64,000 nucleotides of DNA from Pseudogymnoascus verrucosus. Its lineage: Eukaryota. The stretch lies in the NCBI GenBank assembly GCA_001662655.1, contig KV460218.1. One strand, 5' to 3'. Position numbers and translations under genes: made by a program. Of this stretch, positions 40,365-52,006 are shown piece by piece. Position 1 is the stretch's first letter; every line of letters begins with the position of its first letter. Below the pieces are notes generated by a model, which saw nothing but the letters and a program-made list of their open reading frames with translations, did not search any database and was not told the origin of the DNA.

Positions 40365-40901
40365 ATGCTCCCGACACGAGTTCTACTGGCGCGGTCAGTC
40401 TGGAAAGGTATGCCCTTCGTCATTCCATACATCCACCCCAATTGAACCCTCACTAACTCGCTCGCTCGCAGGACCACACATCGTCCCGTAAGCCTCTCAC
40501 AGCGACCGATCCCACGCATCTCCAACGCAGACCAAGACTAACAATCCAGGCTTCCAATCGTGCGCTATGGACAGGGAGAGAAGGTCGTCCCCATCAGGAC
40601 GCAGCAGCGCTCGGCGACGATCCTGCCGAACTTCGTGGGGCTGAAGTTCCAGGTGCATAATGGAAAGGTGTACCACGATGTCACGATCACGGAGGATATG
40701 GTGGGACATAAGCTGGGCGAATTCAGCACGTAAGTTTTCTCTTACTTCAGTGGAATGGCAGTGGCGCATGCAGATGGTTGGGCTGGATATGAGCAGCTGG
40801 ACGAAGACGCTGAGATAGGACCGAGTGAACTGAAGATCTCGACTAACTGTGGCTATAGGACGAGGAAGCGGTTTACGTATAAGCAGAGTAAGAATAAATA
40901 G
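40365..40901 (+). CDS. RSM19: Mitochondrial ribosomal protein uS19m
   Basis: Exons 40365-40407, 40472-40487, 40550-40729, 40859-40901 give [22 protein letters not shown]...[20 protein letters not shown]...[24 protein letters not shown]. Absent from the ORF track. Confidence 0.95.
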
Positions 40902-41687
40902 ATGGTGTATACATGGGAATTTTGATGGCGTTTGGGTGGTCGCTGTATGATAGCGTTTTGTACGATATGGTACACTAGGAGCTTGTAAGAAGAGAAAAGA
41001 ATACACAGAATAGAATCTACAACCAAGCACCCGAGAACTCTTTGCACATCTGTGATACCATTAAAACACAATAGCGCCACCGTGCGTGCGGTCACATTGT
41101 CTGCCTATCAGCAGCGGCTCAGCTTATGGTAGTACAATACTGATGATGCCCAAAAGCCATGCCAAACCCGAGTCGATATAAATTATTCCGAGTAACCAAC
41201 TTGGACAATATAGTCTGAGTGATTGAGAGGATTGATGTTCTTATAGTTGCTGTGCACGTGCTATTGCGAATAGTCACTCTTCAATCTTTTGGGCGGCGTA
41301 AACTCTCAAAAGATTCATTCTCAATAATCTCAATTTTTTACTACTCTATCGACACACAGATCGGCTCCCCTTGCCAAACGTCCTCAGACAATGTTCCCAT
41401 CAATGCCCCGAGAGGCCAAACAACGAATCGAACAACGAGCACACACACGAAGAGAACAATCTGAAGCGAGTCTCATACACAGCATTCCCATAACCCCCTT
41501 CACTTCGTCTCCACCGTACTAAACGCAGTGGCATCGGGAACACCGTGCCAACCCACCCAACCATATCATAGCCACAAAAGAAAAAACAAAGCAGCCGTAG
41601 GCTCATAAAATATCATAATCTCCGTCTCGTGCTCCTTCCTACAGCCCCCTGATATACCGCTAAACACCCGCATCACCACCCAGCTGC

Positions 41688-43697
41688 TTAAAAGTCCCAG
41701 AAGTCGCCGCCTCCAGTCTGTGCTGCCGAGCCGGCCTTCTTCGGCGCAACGCCCTTGCTGAATGCGGTGCCGGCGCCGTTAATGCCTCCCTCCTGCTCGC
41801 CATCCGAGTCATCACCGAAACCCCAGCTGCGGCCTGCGCCCTTCTTGCCGCCCATTCCGTCACCGCCGATGACAATGCCCTTTTGCTTCTGTTGACCACC
41901 GCGCGAGCCCAAAGGCGTGATCTCCTCGTTCAGCGTGCTAGGCTTGGAGATGGGGATGTTCTCCTTCTGGTTAGCCGCAGAGACCTTGGGGACAGGAGAG
42001 TCATCGGTCATCGCGAAATGAGGATCGAAGTCCTTGTGGCGGTCCTTAACGTTCGCAATGTTACCGAGAGGACGTTGGGCCTGTGGCTTTATTGGTGTGT
42101 TTTCGTCAGTCATGGTGAAGTGCGGGTCGAAGTCCTTGCTGCGATCCTTCACGTTGGCCAAGTTTCCGACTCCGCGCTGGTTGGTGACTTCCGGCGATGC
42201 GCCATCCTCAGTGAACAAGTTGTTCTTATACAGGCCTAGGCCGTTGTTGGAGCCTGCCCCACGAGGACGACCGATCAGTCTAGGCTGACCCTCTGGGATT
42301 CCGTCATCCTGGAACTCGAAGTGGGTCTCCGCATCTTTGCGTGGCTGATCCTGCTTTGGCTTGCGGATTGGGGAGTCTGGAACCTCATCGTCTTCGTTGC
42401 CCCACTGCACGGCATCTTGCGCCCGGATTGCGAGCCCCTTTGTTGGCACGGACTTTGCAGGTGTATTGAAGTCATCAAAACCCCATGATGATCCGTGCCT
42501 GCTCTTGGCCTGTTGGGTCTCATTTGGTTTTGCTGCGGTTGTGGTATCGCCAGATGCAATTCCCGAACCAATGTCAAAGTGATTATATTTCGTGGGGTTC
42601 GGTTTGGTAAGGCTGATGGTAGACTTGTGTCCGGTCGATTGCTTGATAGGAGTATTCTCATCGGTCTCAAAGATTCTCGAAGGGTGGTAGTTCTTTCCCG
42701 CTCCAATCTTAGGGGCAATGGCGCCGATAGCAGAGTGCCTGTGGGATTCCGGGCGGCTATTCCTCGATGCAGCTGAGTTATCCTCCTCCTCGTCATCACC
42801 ATTGTCGAAGATTCTTGATGGCATGTAGTTCTTTCCGGCCCCGGCTTTGGGCGCAATGGCGCCTACAGCCGAGTGCTTGAATGGAGACTCTGAGCGATTC
42901 TCATTCGCTGGCGCACTCGAATTCTCTGAGTCTTGACCAACAAATAGATCATGGTAGTCGCGTGGCGGGGGCTTCGCTGATGCGCGTGGGGCAATCACTG
43001 TTGGCAATAGCTCTGGCTCCTCGTCCGCCTCACGGGGCGCGAATAGGGATAATGAAGAATGCGGGTCGCGAGTAACGTTCGTTGAGTTTTCGCGGGACCT
43101 GCGGAGGACTTCGCCCTCTTTCTGATATGGAGCAGCTGATGGCGCAGCAGGCTTCGCGGCTGCAACGACGCTGGATTGGATAAGCTTGACCTGGTCCTTT
43201 CCATCGCGTATAGGCCAGTTTCGTCCAGTCTTTCCAATCACATCGATCAACTTCAGGAGCGAGCCCTGGTCCCAGTTCAGTCGGATTTGGGTGATTTTGC
43301 CGTTCGCATCGAAGGAGACAATGTGAATCTAAACAGCCAAGTCATTAGCGCACATACAACCCCAAGTGGAACCAATTGAGCAACATACAACTAGAAATGT
43401 GACCTCGCGATCGGCGAGGAAGTTGTCGTCAATCCCGGGAAGGTATCCTCCTCCTCCCGTGAGGAATTCAAGCGTCAACTCGGTCTCAACAGCCAGAGAG
43501 CTTGATCCATCAACAACGTCGATGATCTTCTCAGACTTCTTCTTGATCTTTTTCGATTGAGTGTTCAAATGCTTGATGATCTCGGCTGGGCCATGGAAGG
43601 TCGTGAGCGTCGTAATGTAGTGGAGCGAGGCATTCTCAGCCAGAAAGCTGGAGTTTGGCGTCGCCAAGTACTGCTGGTAGGCAGCTTGAAGCGCCAT
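41688..43697 (-). CDS. Conserved fungal protein: N-terminal NTF2-like domain plus long disordered repeat tail
   Basis: Two exons, intron about 43330-43392. N-terminal ASLHYITTL...GGGYLPGIDDNFL...IRLNWDQGSLLK; tail ends DFWDF. Fold call from memory. Confidence 0.75.
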
Positions 43698-44098
43698 CTT
43701 GTCCGCGGTGTGGAAAGGACCTCAGAAGAGAAAGAGTATCCCGTTGGTTACGCGATGTAATTGGAAGAGTCGCGTCGAGCAGAGACAGAGTGGTGATCGC
43801 TTTCTTCTTTGACGGAATGGGAGAAACAGTGGTGGGTTGTTTGTGGGATGGGGGGGGAGACGTGTTATTCTTTTGGGACGCGACTTCCTTAGTGGCTATA
43901 ACCGCGGTTAATATATCAACTATAATATTTATCCACCGCAGTGAGGGCAAAGAAGGAGGAGATCAAACAGTATTTATTGTTTACAATGTACAGGGGGCTA
44001 ATTCGAAGAAAGTGTTTCAAGGGGAGAGTCTAGCTTGGCCTGGATCGTTTCGTCTCTTTTTGCGATTCCAAAATTGGCAACCCTTATCACGTCTCGAA

Positions 44099-44145
44099 GT
44101 GGCCTAGCAACGGATTGTCAAAACGCCTAGCAACGCCTAGCAACG
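44099..44145. promoter_or_regulatory. RFX X-box cluster (three CCTAGCAACG copies)
   Basis: GTGGCCTAGCAAC at 44099-44111 fits GTNRCC(N)RGYAAC; further copies at 44126 and 44136. Confidence 0.55.
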
Positions 44146-45919
44146 AGCCAAAATTCGCGTTAGTACACGTGTTACAGGCACCAGGGGCCATGTGCTAATG
44201 TTTTAGATTTTCCGGGGTATATTCTAGCACGGAACGACGCGTCAAAACAAGCGAATCACGAGTGGGAGATTCTTTCAAAGACAGACAGTTGAAATGCGGA
44301 TTGTCCTTTATTCCCTGTGAAGATTGAGTATATTTCTATTTGTATCCGGTTTCTGATGAAAGAGAACCAACCTATCTCGTCAATGAGAAAAGAAAGGCTG
44401 CTCATGTCCGAGCCCCAGACCATTCCTGCCTTTACTAAAGAAAATAGCTCTGGGCACCTTGGGCACCTGGGCACTGTCCTCCCCAAGAAAAAGAAAGGCC
44501 GCTCATGCCCAAGCCCAGAACAAGAGTTGCCGTCAATAAAGAAATAGCCTCTGAGCACCAAACTCCAAACCACACAAGAACCAAGCCTCTCGGCAACAGC
44601 CCCCTTTGCCCTTCATCATTCTCCAATTGGCAGAATGCGCAGGCTTCCCTTTCTCTTCATGACCCGCCTGGAAAACCGCAAGTCCAGGCAGGATGTAATC
44701 ATGTGAGAATCCGTAAGTAAAAACCTATTGCTGCGTCAACGTTCTGTTTGCAGATGGGGATTACAGACTTACATGGCCCTTGCATCCGTCAATTGGGAAG
44801 TTAGCTGGACCCTGCTTGAGGGGCGACAGAGATCCACCGATCCCCTAGCGTCCCGCAGGGTTTATTATTGCCAATGTCTGCCATGTGTTAGCTTTCAAGC
44901 GAGGGGGGGGCACTGACCGGATAGAGTAATTTTAGATCCCAATTTGCTTTTGGTGGCAACTCAGAGATGGGTGACTGTTCCCTCCGGGTCTGTATTTGGA
45001 TGCAAGTGCACTTTGTAGTACTCCCTGTATTCCGTCAGCATATGGGTCACAGTGGGTGGAAACTCACAGGCGAGTGCTAAAGCCAACGTCATATCTCACT
45101 CCGATCTGTTCTTCTCCTCGCAGAGGTATCTGGGTAAGTCTGTGGAACTGTTAGCAAAACACAATAGTAAGGAGTTCTTCACTTCTCTCTCTGCCCTTTT
45201 CTGTTAATATCTGTGAGGGCTGGCTTGATGCCTGTGGGGTTGTTTTTTCGGGAGAAAGGTCGACCTTATATCTACAAACGCGTTCTTTCACCTCTCATCA
45301 TCTCGCCACCTGTTTTGAATTCATTGTTTCAGGACCTTGTTATCAATTTAGCACAATGAATATGCAGCGCTTCGTGACTCCAATGGATCCAATGATCCAA
45401 TGCCACTCATTGAGTGCTTTGTGACGCATTGAAAGAGAACATATAGGTCCATTGATCCGATGTGTCAGTGAGAGACACTATCCTTTATGTCATTGGGATT
45501 GGCGATTAGCGGCGCAGTTTACTTTGTTTGGACGGACAAAGGAGCATTGTCGAGATGTGATTCCACCAACGATATTCAAACGATAGCGCTGTTAAACGAA
45601 GTCCAGAGCAGCAGACACAGCAACAATGTTTGCTTGTCTGCAGACTGGTTGTTATTGAAGCGTCTGTCCAGCAATGCATCCTGCCTGGGGACTGGCGATT
45701 ATCATGGCAGAACAGCGCCTGTTAACTCAGGTTTGCAAGTGCAAGCGTATCAATCAATGTATCGTGCTTGGAGACTGATGGCCAGGCATCCCCGAGTCGG
45801 AGGCAAGAGGTGACGGAAAAATGAAGTGCCTGAAACAACTCGCTTGCTATTCGGCATTGAGCTCATTGAGTGCACTCGACCAAAGTCTTCCATCTTCAAC
45901 GTACTGACCCAGTTCAAAC

Positions 45920-46423
45920 ATGAGAATCAGCGTGAGAGATATTGTCCGCGTCATTTGCTGTCTGTATCTTCCAGCGGATGAAACCACGGAAGCGAATACC
46001 ACGGACAGACAAAACGATAATGACTGGTTAAATCCTGTCTCGGGTGCCGGAGTCATTCCTGGACTTGATACGGATCCTGCATCTCGGCCAGCGAGATCGA
46101 CACTTGCTTGGGGCGTCAGACTTGGTTCAACAGCAATCACAGGCTGTCTGCCAACGCCTAGTGTTGCAGTTTCAGCAGAGGTTCCTCCAAGGCGATCGAA
46201 TAATAACCAAGAGGATGCTTCGACGCAGACAGATTTCGACGACTGCCTTGGGCAAAACAGCTCTCAAATATCTCCACATCGGACTTCTGTTCCTACAGTT
46301 CTCCGAGTTGGGAGAGCTGTGCAATCAGGGTCAGTAAAAGATAAGAGGAGGATGGCTCGGTGCAGCCGAATAAGGGAGGAGCAAACTGTTGCCGGCCAAG
46401 TGGATCTACAGGAGTCCCAATAA
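45920..46423 (+). CDS. Possible orphan protein (167 aa)
   Basis: Longest ATG-initiated ORF in a 3.2-kb otherwise gene-free interval; no recognisable motif. Confidence 0.3.
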   Translation: MRISVRDIVRVICCLYLPADETTEANTTDRQNDNDWLNPVSGAGVIPGLDTDPASRPARSTLAWGVRLGSTAITGCLPTPSVAVSAEVPPRRSNNNQEDASTQTDFDDCLGQNSSQISPHRTSVPTVLRVGRAVQSGSVKDKRRMARCSRIREEQTVAGQVDLQESQ

Positions 46424-46881
46424 GATGACGTTGGAGAGGGGCAAGATGTATCCATGAGATTACAGCTTCCCAAGGACAGTATTGTTGGGAAAGGGAAGGA
46501 AGCAGCCCACCAGTACATCGCATACAGCCCAGGAATCCGAAATTACTCTCTATAAAGCCCTGTCCGCAGTCTGAACTGAAAATAATTTTCATTCAGTGAG
46601 AGGATGTGATATCGAGAATTGTGAGAAACTTCCAAGGCCGAAGGCCTGAAGAGGGCCTATACATAGGAGTAGTGTCTATAGCAACTATAGTTGAAGTAAA
46701 GGCGTCCAATCACTCAGTACTCACAAGTGGAATCAAAGTGATATTTTCTATGAGTTTAAATTGCTGATATAAATCTAAAGGTATACTTTGTCCGTCATCT
46801 ATCTAACTTTTGGGAGTAGGTGTATAATTTATAAGTCCGTGCGTCCGTCCTTCCACAAATTAATATTCACATCATGTGACC

Positions 46882-46908
46882 ACGCGTACCGCCCTTGCAT
46901 TGACGCGT
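46882..46908. promoter_or_regulatory. Paired MCB elements (ACGCGT x2)
   Basis: ACGCGT at 46882 and 46903, 21 bp apart, just upstream of ATG 46958. Confidence 0.5.
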
Positions 46909-46957
46909 CTGTCGCATAACTCATTGTGCACATAAACATACATTCTAATGAAATACG

Positions 46958-49575
46958 ATGGAATCGCGTCGGGTCATTGCCGACTCAGACGATGATTGCT
47001 CGTCAATAAGTGCCGAGAGTTCCCCTCAAAAAGACAGGCCAGTCGCCCCAGTCGCCATCCCCAATGGCACTATAACAGAAGCCACCCCACCATCAGTTTT
47101 GGAGCCAGCGCTACGGCTAGGAACAGGCTCGACAGGTTTGCCTCCAATACCCCGTGGTACCAGTACGCAGTGCCGCTGACAATCTATACAGATTCTGTAC
47201 TCTTTGAACGAATCCGCAGTGATTATTGCGGTGCTCTTGACATCACATCTACAAACGAGTCGGCACCACAACTCTCCCCACGTCCGCCAGGGCTGGACGA
47301 ACGGATCATAAACCAGAGAATGTCTTCTTCAATATCCCAAGAAAGCGTCAAAAAACTCAAACGGAGCAATACGATGCATGGCTCATCGTTTACCTCTATT
47401 TCGGAGCCGACTACCTCCAATAAGAAGGCAAAGCGCTCGAAAAGTATGAAGGCATGGGAAGGGACGACACAGGTTACAAGCCCCGACCAATCCAAAGAGC
47501 TTCGACATGAGAACAGAGGCGGAGAAGAAAGAGAAAGAGATGAGTGGGACTTCCCAGGCAGCAGTGCTCCGGGTACTTCAGCTGCAATTCTGAGGAATAC
47601 GCGGCTTGAGAAAACAATGGCTGAAAGAACAGACGAGTTGGAGCTCCTGGGGAGCATTCCCTCCGCTAGGCCCTCGGAAATAAATGATATGGGCACAGAG
47701 TCCGGGGGTAGTGGGTTAATAACTTATGGAAAGTCGAGGAGGACGAAGACAATGGGCGACCAAGTGCCGAGTTCGTCGCCATACGTGGAGCCACGACGAA
47801 GAACAAAGGATGACAGCGAAACGGTCATCGAAAACAAAAAGAGGAAAACTAGGCAAGGGGTTGAAGGAGAACTATTTCCCATGCTACCAAAACCTAAGCG
47901 GAATAAACGAGCCCAGCCTGCCAACGACGAGTCTCTCTACAATGCGAGCGTCGCCGTAGTTGAGGAGCCACAGCTTCCACGGCTTAGCGCCTTGCCAACG
48001 TCCTTATCACAATATGTTTCAAATGAAGTCGGCATCAGTGAAGGCTCCACCGAGCAAGTCTCAATCGTGAAAGCAACAAATTTCGACAAGGTGGGTTCAG
48101 ATCTCATGGCACACAAAACGCCAACAGAAACTGTTCCAAACAGCCCTCGGGATACTTCACAGGATGTCTTTATCATCCCAGACAATAATCCTGGACATGA
48201 GTCTTCCGAGTTACCTTCATTTGATAGAGGACTTACCACGATGGTTATGGCAAATATGTTAACAAGCAGCCAAAATAAGGAGTACATGCACTATGGTGCG
48301 GCCTCAAGCGATAACAATCACATCTACTCATTGCCGGATATGATGGAACCAGCCAGAGCATTAAAACTCACAGATGCATCCAGCACCGTTCCAAACGATA
48401 CTCCTCGTCCAGACCGTTCGGCCGTTTCTTCCGCTATAGACTCAACAGGAGTAACCTTTCCACTTTCATCATCTCCTGTCGTCAATTCGGGTCGAAAGGT
48501 CAAGAGGTCAAAGACTGGGCTTTCATCCTCGGCAAGTAAGCCGAATCAGCAGAAACTATCTCGTCACAAGTCTATGGGCTATTCCGATAGGGAAGTTTCT
48601 GTCGATGAACTCGCGCTTTCGCAGCCGCGACACCAAATTTCGCCCATTCGTGCCGCTCATACCGTGTCGATTGAGTCTCTGAATGACCAGGAAATTAAAA
48701 CTGTTGACATTACGACCTCCGTCAATCCGCCCTCAAAGCAGAAAGCGAACGATGCAGATCTTCAAAGCTCGCAGGATTTTGGCCAGGTAACGGAAATGTA
48801 CCAACCGCGTCTCAGTGCCAGGAGATCGAAGACCTTGAGCGCCAAAGCAGACATTATTGCAAATGAAGAGTTTGCCAAGGGGCTGCCTATGAAGAGAAAG
48901 AGGAGGAAAATTACTAAGACGAAGGAGATCGTGGATGAGCCTTCGGCTGATGAGATCGGCCCTTCGGACGAATCAGCACAGACCCAGGCGGAGGAAGCTG
49001 AAAGACCAGAAAAGAGGAGCAAAGCAGCACATGCCCTCCCCGATACGCCCAAGTCTGCAGCAGAGTCACCCGATGAAGTTATTGAGGTTGAAAAGGTTGT
49101 GTCCCATAAGCGCCGGGGACGACATTCAAAGACTCCTGTGGAGAAATCGGCGCCAATAATCGAAGATTCAGACATGGACGACGATGAGATTGAAGCCACT
49201 CAAAAGCCTGTGGGCAAGACAGCACAGAAAGCCCAATCTAAATCGAAGGAAATTGAAGCCACTCAAAAGCCTGCGGGTAAAAAAGCACAGAAATCTAAAT
49301 CTAAATCGACGGAAATAGCAGGGAGCGATGAGGAAGAAGATGAAGATTCTGGTGATGCCGACACGGACCATGCACCAAGTCGCAACCGTCCCACGAAACC
49401 CACTATTCTTGCGCCGCCCCAGTCAACTCCACCGCCGAAACCAACGAAGGAGATGCAGACACCGAGCAAGCCATGCACTCCGCATAGTCCTCTGCAGAGT
49501 GGGAAGGTGCCGTATAGGGTTGGACTGAGTAAGAGGAATCGCATTGCGCCGTTGCTGAAGATTATCAGGAAGTGA
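46958..49575 (+). CDS. Low-complexity basic nuclear protein, resembling fungal AT-hook-domain hypothetical proteins
   Basis: Intron 47136-47191. N-terminal RRVIADSDDD, YQPRLSARRS, degenerate AT-hook KRRGRH, C-terminal HSPLQSGKVPYRVGLSKRNRIAPLLKIIRK. Confidence 0.75.
49185..49316 (+). repeat. 63-bp coding tandem repeat (two copies)
   Basis: EIEATQKPVGKTAQKAQSKSK / EIEATQKPAGKKAQKSKSKST. Confidence 0.85.
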
Positions 49576-50061
49576 GGAGAGAGATTTGAGAGGCGTTTTT
49601 TTTGGACCGGAGAATAGCGATACCCATTTGCTTGTTTGACCCTGAAAGGGGGTTGGCTATGATGTATGACTGGGTGGGTTGTCTGCTGGCTTGGGTGTTG
49701 GGGGGCGTGATTATATTGCTCTGCTACTAGCCCTGAATGCGATCTAGTCATTATTATGACGAGTTTGAATGATATATTCTCGTGAAATATACGAACACCT
49801 AGTGAACTCACATGGTATATGCACCTGTCACAAACCATGCCGCATATGTGACTCTGTTGATAGCTATAAACTGTCAATTGCAACCTAGCATTATAACGAA
49901 TAACCTAACGATAACCTCTCACAAAATAAAAGTACCCATAATAAACTAACGTGGTACATACAGGACTGAGCCCGCATTGCACTGATGTTGCCCTTACCCA
50001 TTGTCTCGCAAAGTCAATACTAACAACATGCGCTCCACCACAAAGCAAGTAACAATCGGCC

Positions 50062-51921
50062 CTACAATAACGCGAGCATCTCTTCCATCCTCAAAATTGA
50101 ATCGTCAAGATCTCGGCCTACCTCTACCGCCTTCACCTTAACACCGTCGAAGTCCTTAATCTCGAAAGTCTTATTCCGCTGCTCCATTTCCGTTTCCAAC
50201 CGGACTAACAAATGGTGTAGCTCACGGGTTTTTTCAATCGCAGTTTCTGTCTTTCGTCTTGCATTGATCCTAGCCTTTCTGAGAGGCTCATTTTTGTTGT
50301 CGACTTGGGTGTTACGTTTCGTAGTTGAGTCTGAGTCTGTAGAACTGCATGTGTCACTATCACTTTCTGGGGTGATATTCCCGCAGCCTACGCATTTTCC
50401 CATCTTGTAAAGCTGGTCATCCTTTTGTAATTTGGCTTCATCAGGCTCCTCGTGAGGCATCTTTTGTTCTTTAGATCGGGTTGGTTGCTCTCCGTCTGGT
50501 TGGCTATACCTTTTATCGTGCTCTTTTTGTGCCTCGCGAAATAGGCACACAAGATCTATGTTCGAAAGCCTCATAAACTCCGACTTAGGGATCTTTTGAT
50601 AAGGCATGATCCGTGCTATGCGAAGCAGCTCTGTTTGGTCTAATTGGGAAAGCTCTTCAATAGGCATACTAAGAGGTACGCATTGTGAAAGTTCGATGGG
50701 TGGTACAGGAAGCCTCATGAAAGATTCTCTCCGTGCTATATCGAGCAACTTCTCAAGGTTGGGTGGCTCGTAGGGCTTGAAAACATCGTCTCGTGCTATA
50801 TCAACAATTTCTACGAGGTCCGACTTTTTAAGTTTCTCGAGGTTCTCGTCTGTCTCGCACCTCGCTTGGTACACGAGATTTATATTAAGACGTACCTTGT
50901 CCTTTAAGGCGCGTGTATCAAGGAAGCTCTCCTTCGTATCGTATATTCCAGACTTCTCGGTTTTAGTATGCTGGTCCATCGTTCCCTTCTTAGTTTTGGC
51001 TCCCCCCTCAACGAAGTTTGTCGTCGTTGTTTCCACCTGCCCTTCAACTTTATCAAGCCAATCATCAGACTCGAGTTCTATCTTGCCAGGCATCTCCTTG
51101 AGTCCCTTTAACTCGAGTTCTGTCTTAGAAGTCTGAGAAGGCAGCTTATGAAACGTATCTTCAGGCTTGCAAACTTGATCGTCCTCTTGTAGTTTAGCCT
51201 CGTGCACGTTATTAGCCTTCTCTCTTTCCACATGACGTGAGACTTGATCCCTAGAATCGGCTACCTTATACTTCTTCAAGTCCTCCTTTCGTGCCTCGCG
51301 AAGTAGGTCCACGAGATCCGAGTTGGGAACCTTCACAAACACTGATTTAGGGATCCTATAGAAAGGAGTGGCTCGTGCTACGCGAAGCAACTCCATAAGG
51401 CCCAGTTTGGAAAGTTTCTCAAAGGGCATATTCTGTGCCTTAACAGACGGGGTAGTAAAGGATTTACCCCGTACTATGTCGAGTTCCTCCGCGAGACTTG
51501 GCCTCGGGGGCTCCAAAGCCTCTTCTCGTACTATGTCAAGAAGCTCTATAAGGTCTGACTTCATAAGTTTCTCTAGAGACTCGTTTGATGCGGAGCTAAG
51601 TCGATTTTTGGCACCTCTGTACAATCGTCGGCTTTCTTTCTTCTCAGCTTCGGTCTCGGAGTTCCACTTCTCAATTATGTCAACCTCCCACTTTTCGGCC
51701 TCAGTCCTTTCGTCAACCTCCCACGTCTCGGCCTCGGTCCTTTGATCGGCCTTCGACTTCTCTACGTTACTAGGAGACTGGTCCATAGTCCCATAGGCAT
51801 TCTCTTGATTCTGGATTTCTGAGTATCTGGGTAGTTGCTCGTCATCTGTATAAGGTTGCTCTAGAAGCGCTGCTGTCTCCTCTTGGCGTCTAAAGTACGC
51901 TCTCCAGTTGCGTTTTGCCAT
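50062..51921 (-). CDS. Orphan charged helical protein with internal duplication and C-terminal GKCxxC domain (paralog A)
   Basis: Intronless ORF, 619 aa from ATG 51921; no recognised family. Confidence 0.75.
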   Translation of the reverse strand: MAKRNWRAYFRRQEETAALLEQPYTDDEQLPRYSEIQNQENAYGTMDQSPSNVEKSKADQRTEAETWEVDERTEAEKWEVDIIEKWNSETEAEKKESRRLYRGAKNRLSSASNESLEKLMKSDLIELLDIVREEALEPPRPSLAEELDIVRGKSFTTPSVKAQNMPFEKLSKLGLMELLRVARATPFYRIPKSVFVKVPNSDLVDLLREARKEDLKKYKVADSRDQVSRHVEREKANNVHEAKLQEDDQVCKPEDTFHKLPSQTSKTELELKGLKEMPGKIELESDDWLDKVEGQVETTTTNFVEGGAKTKKGTMDQHTKTEKSGIYDTKESFLDTRALKDKVRLNINLVYQARCETDENLEKLKKSDLVEIVDIARDDVFKPYEPPNLEKLLDIARRESFMRLPVPPIELSQCVPLSMPIEELSQLDQTELLRIARIMPYQKIPKSEFMRLSNIDLVCLFREAQKEHDKRYSQPDGEQPTRSKEQKMPHEEPDEAKLQKDDQLYKMGKCVGCGNITPESDSDTCSSTDSDSTTKRNTQVDNKNEPLRKARINARRKTETAIEKTRELHHLLVRLETEMEQRNKTFEIKDFDGVKVKAVEVGRDLDDSILRMEEMLALL

Positions 51922-52006
51922 GTTTATAACAGAGTAATTAAGCAAAAACTGCTACTAAGGTGATAATTATTGTGTCTTGTATTTTTGTAAAGGCTGTGGC
52001 TGGTTG

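Noticed and set aside
40497..41030. 177-aa minus-strand ORF
   Set aside because: Antisense to the spliced RSM19 gene, which explains the region
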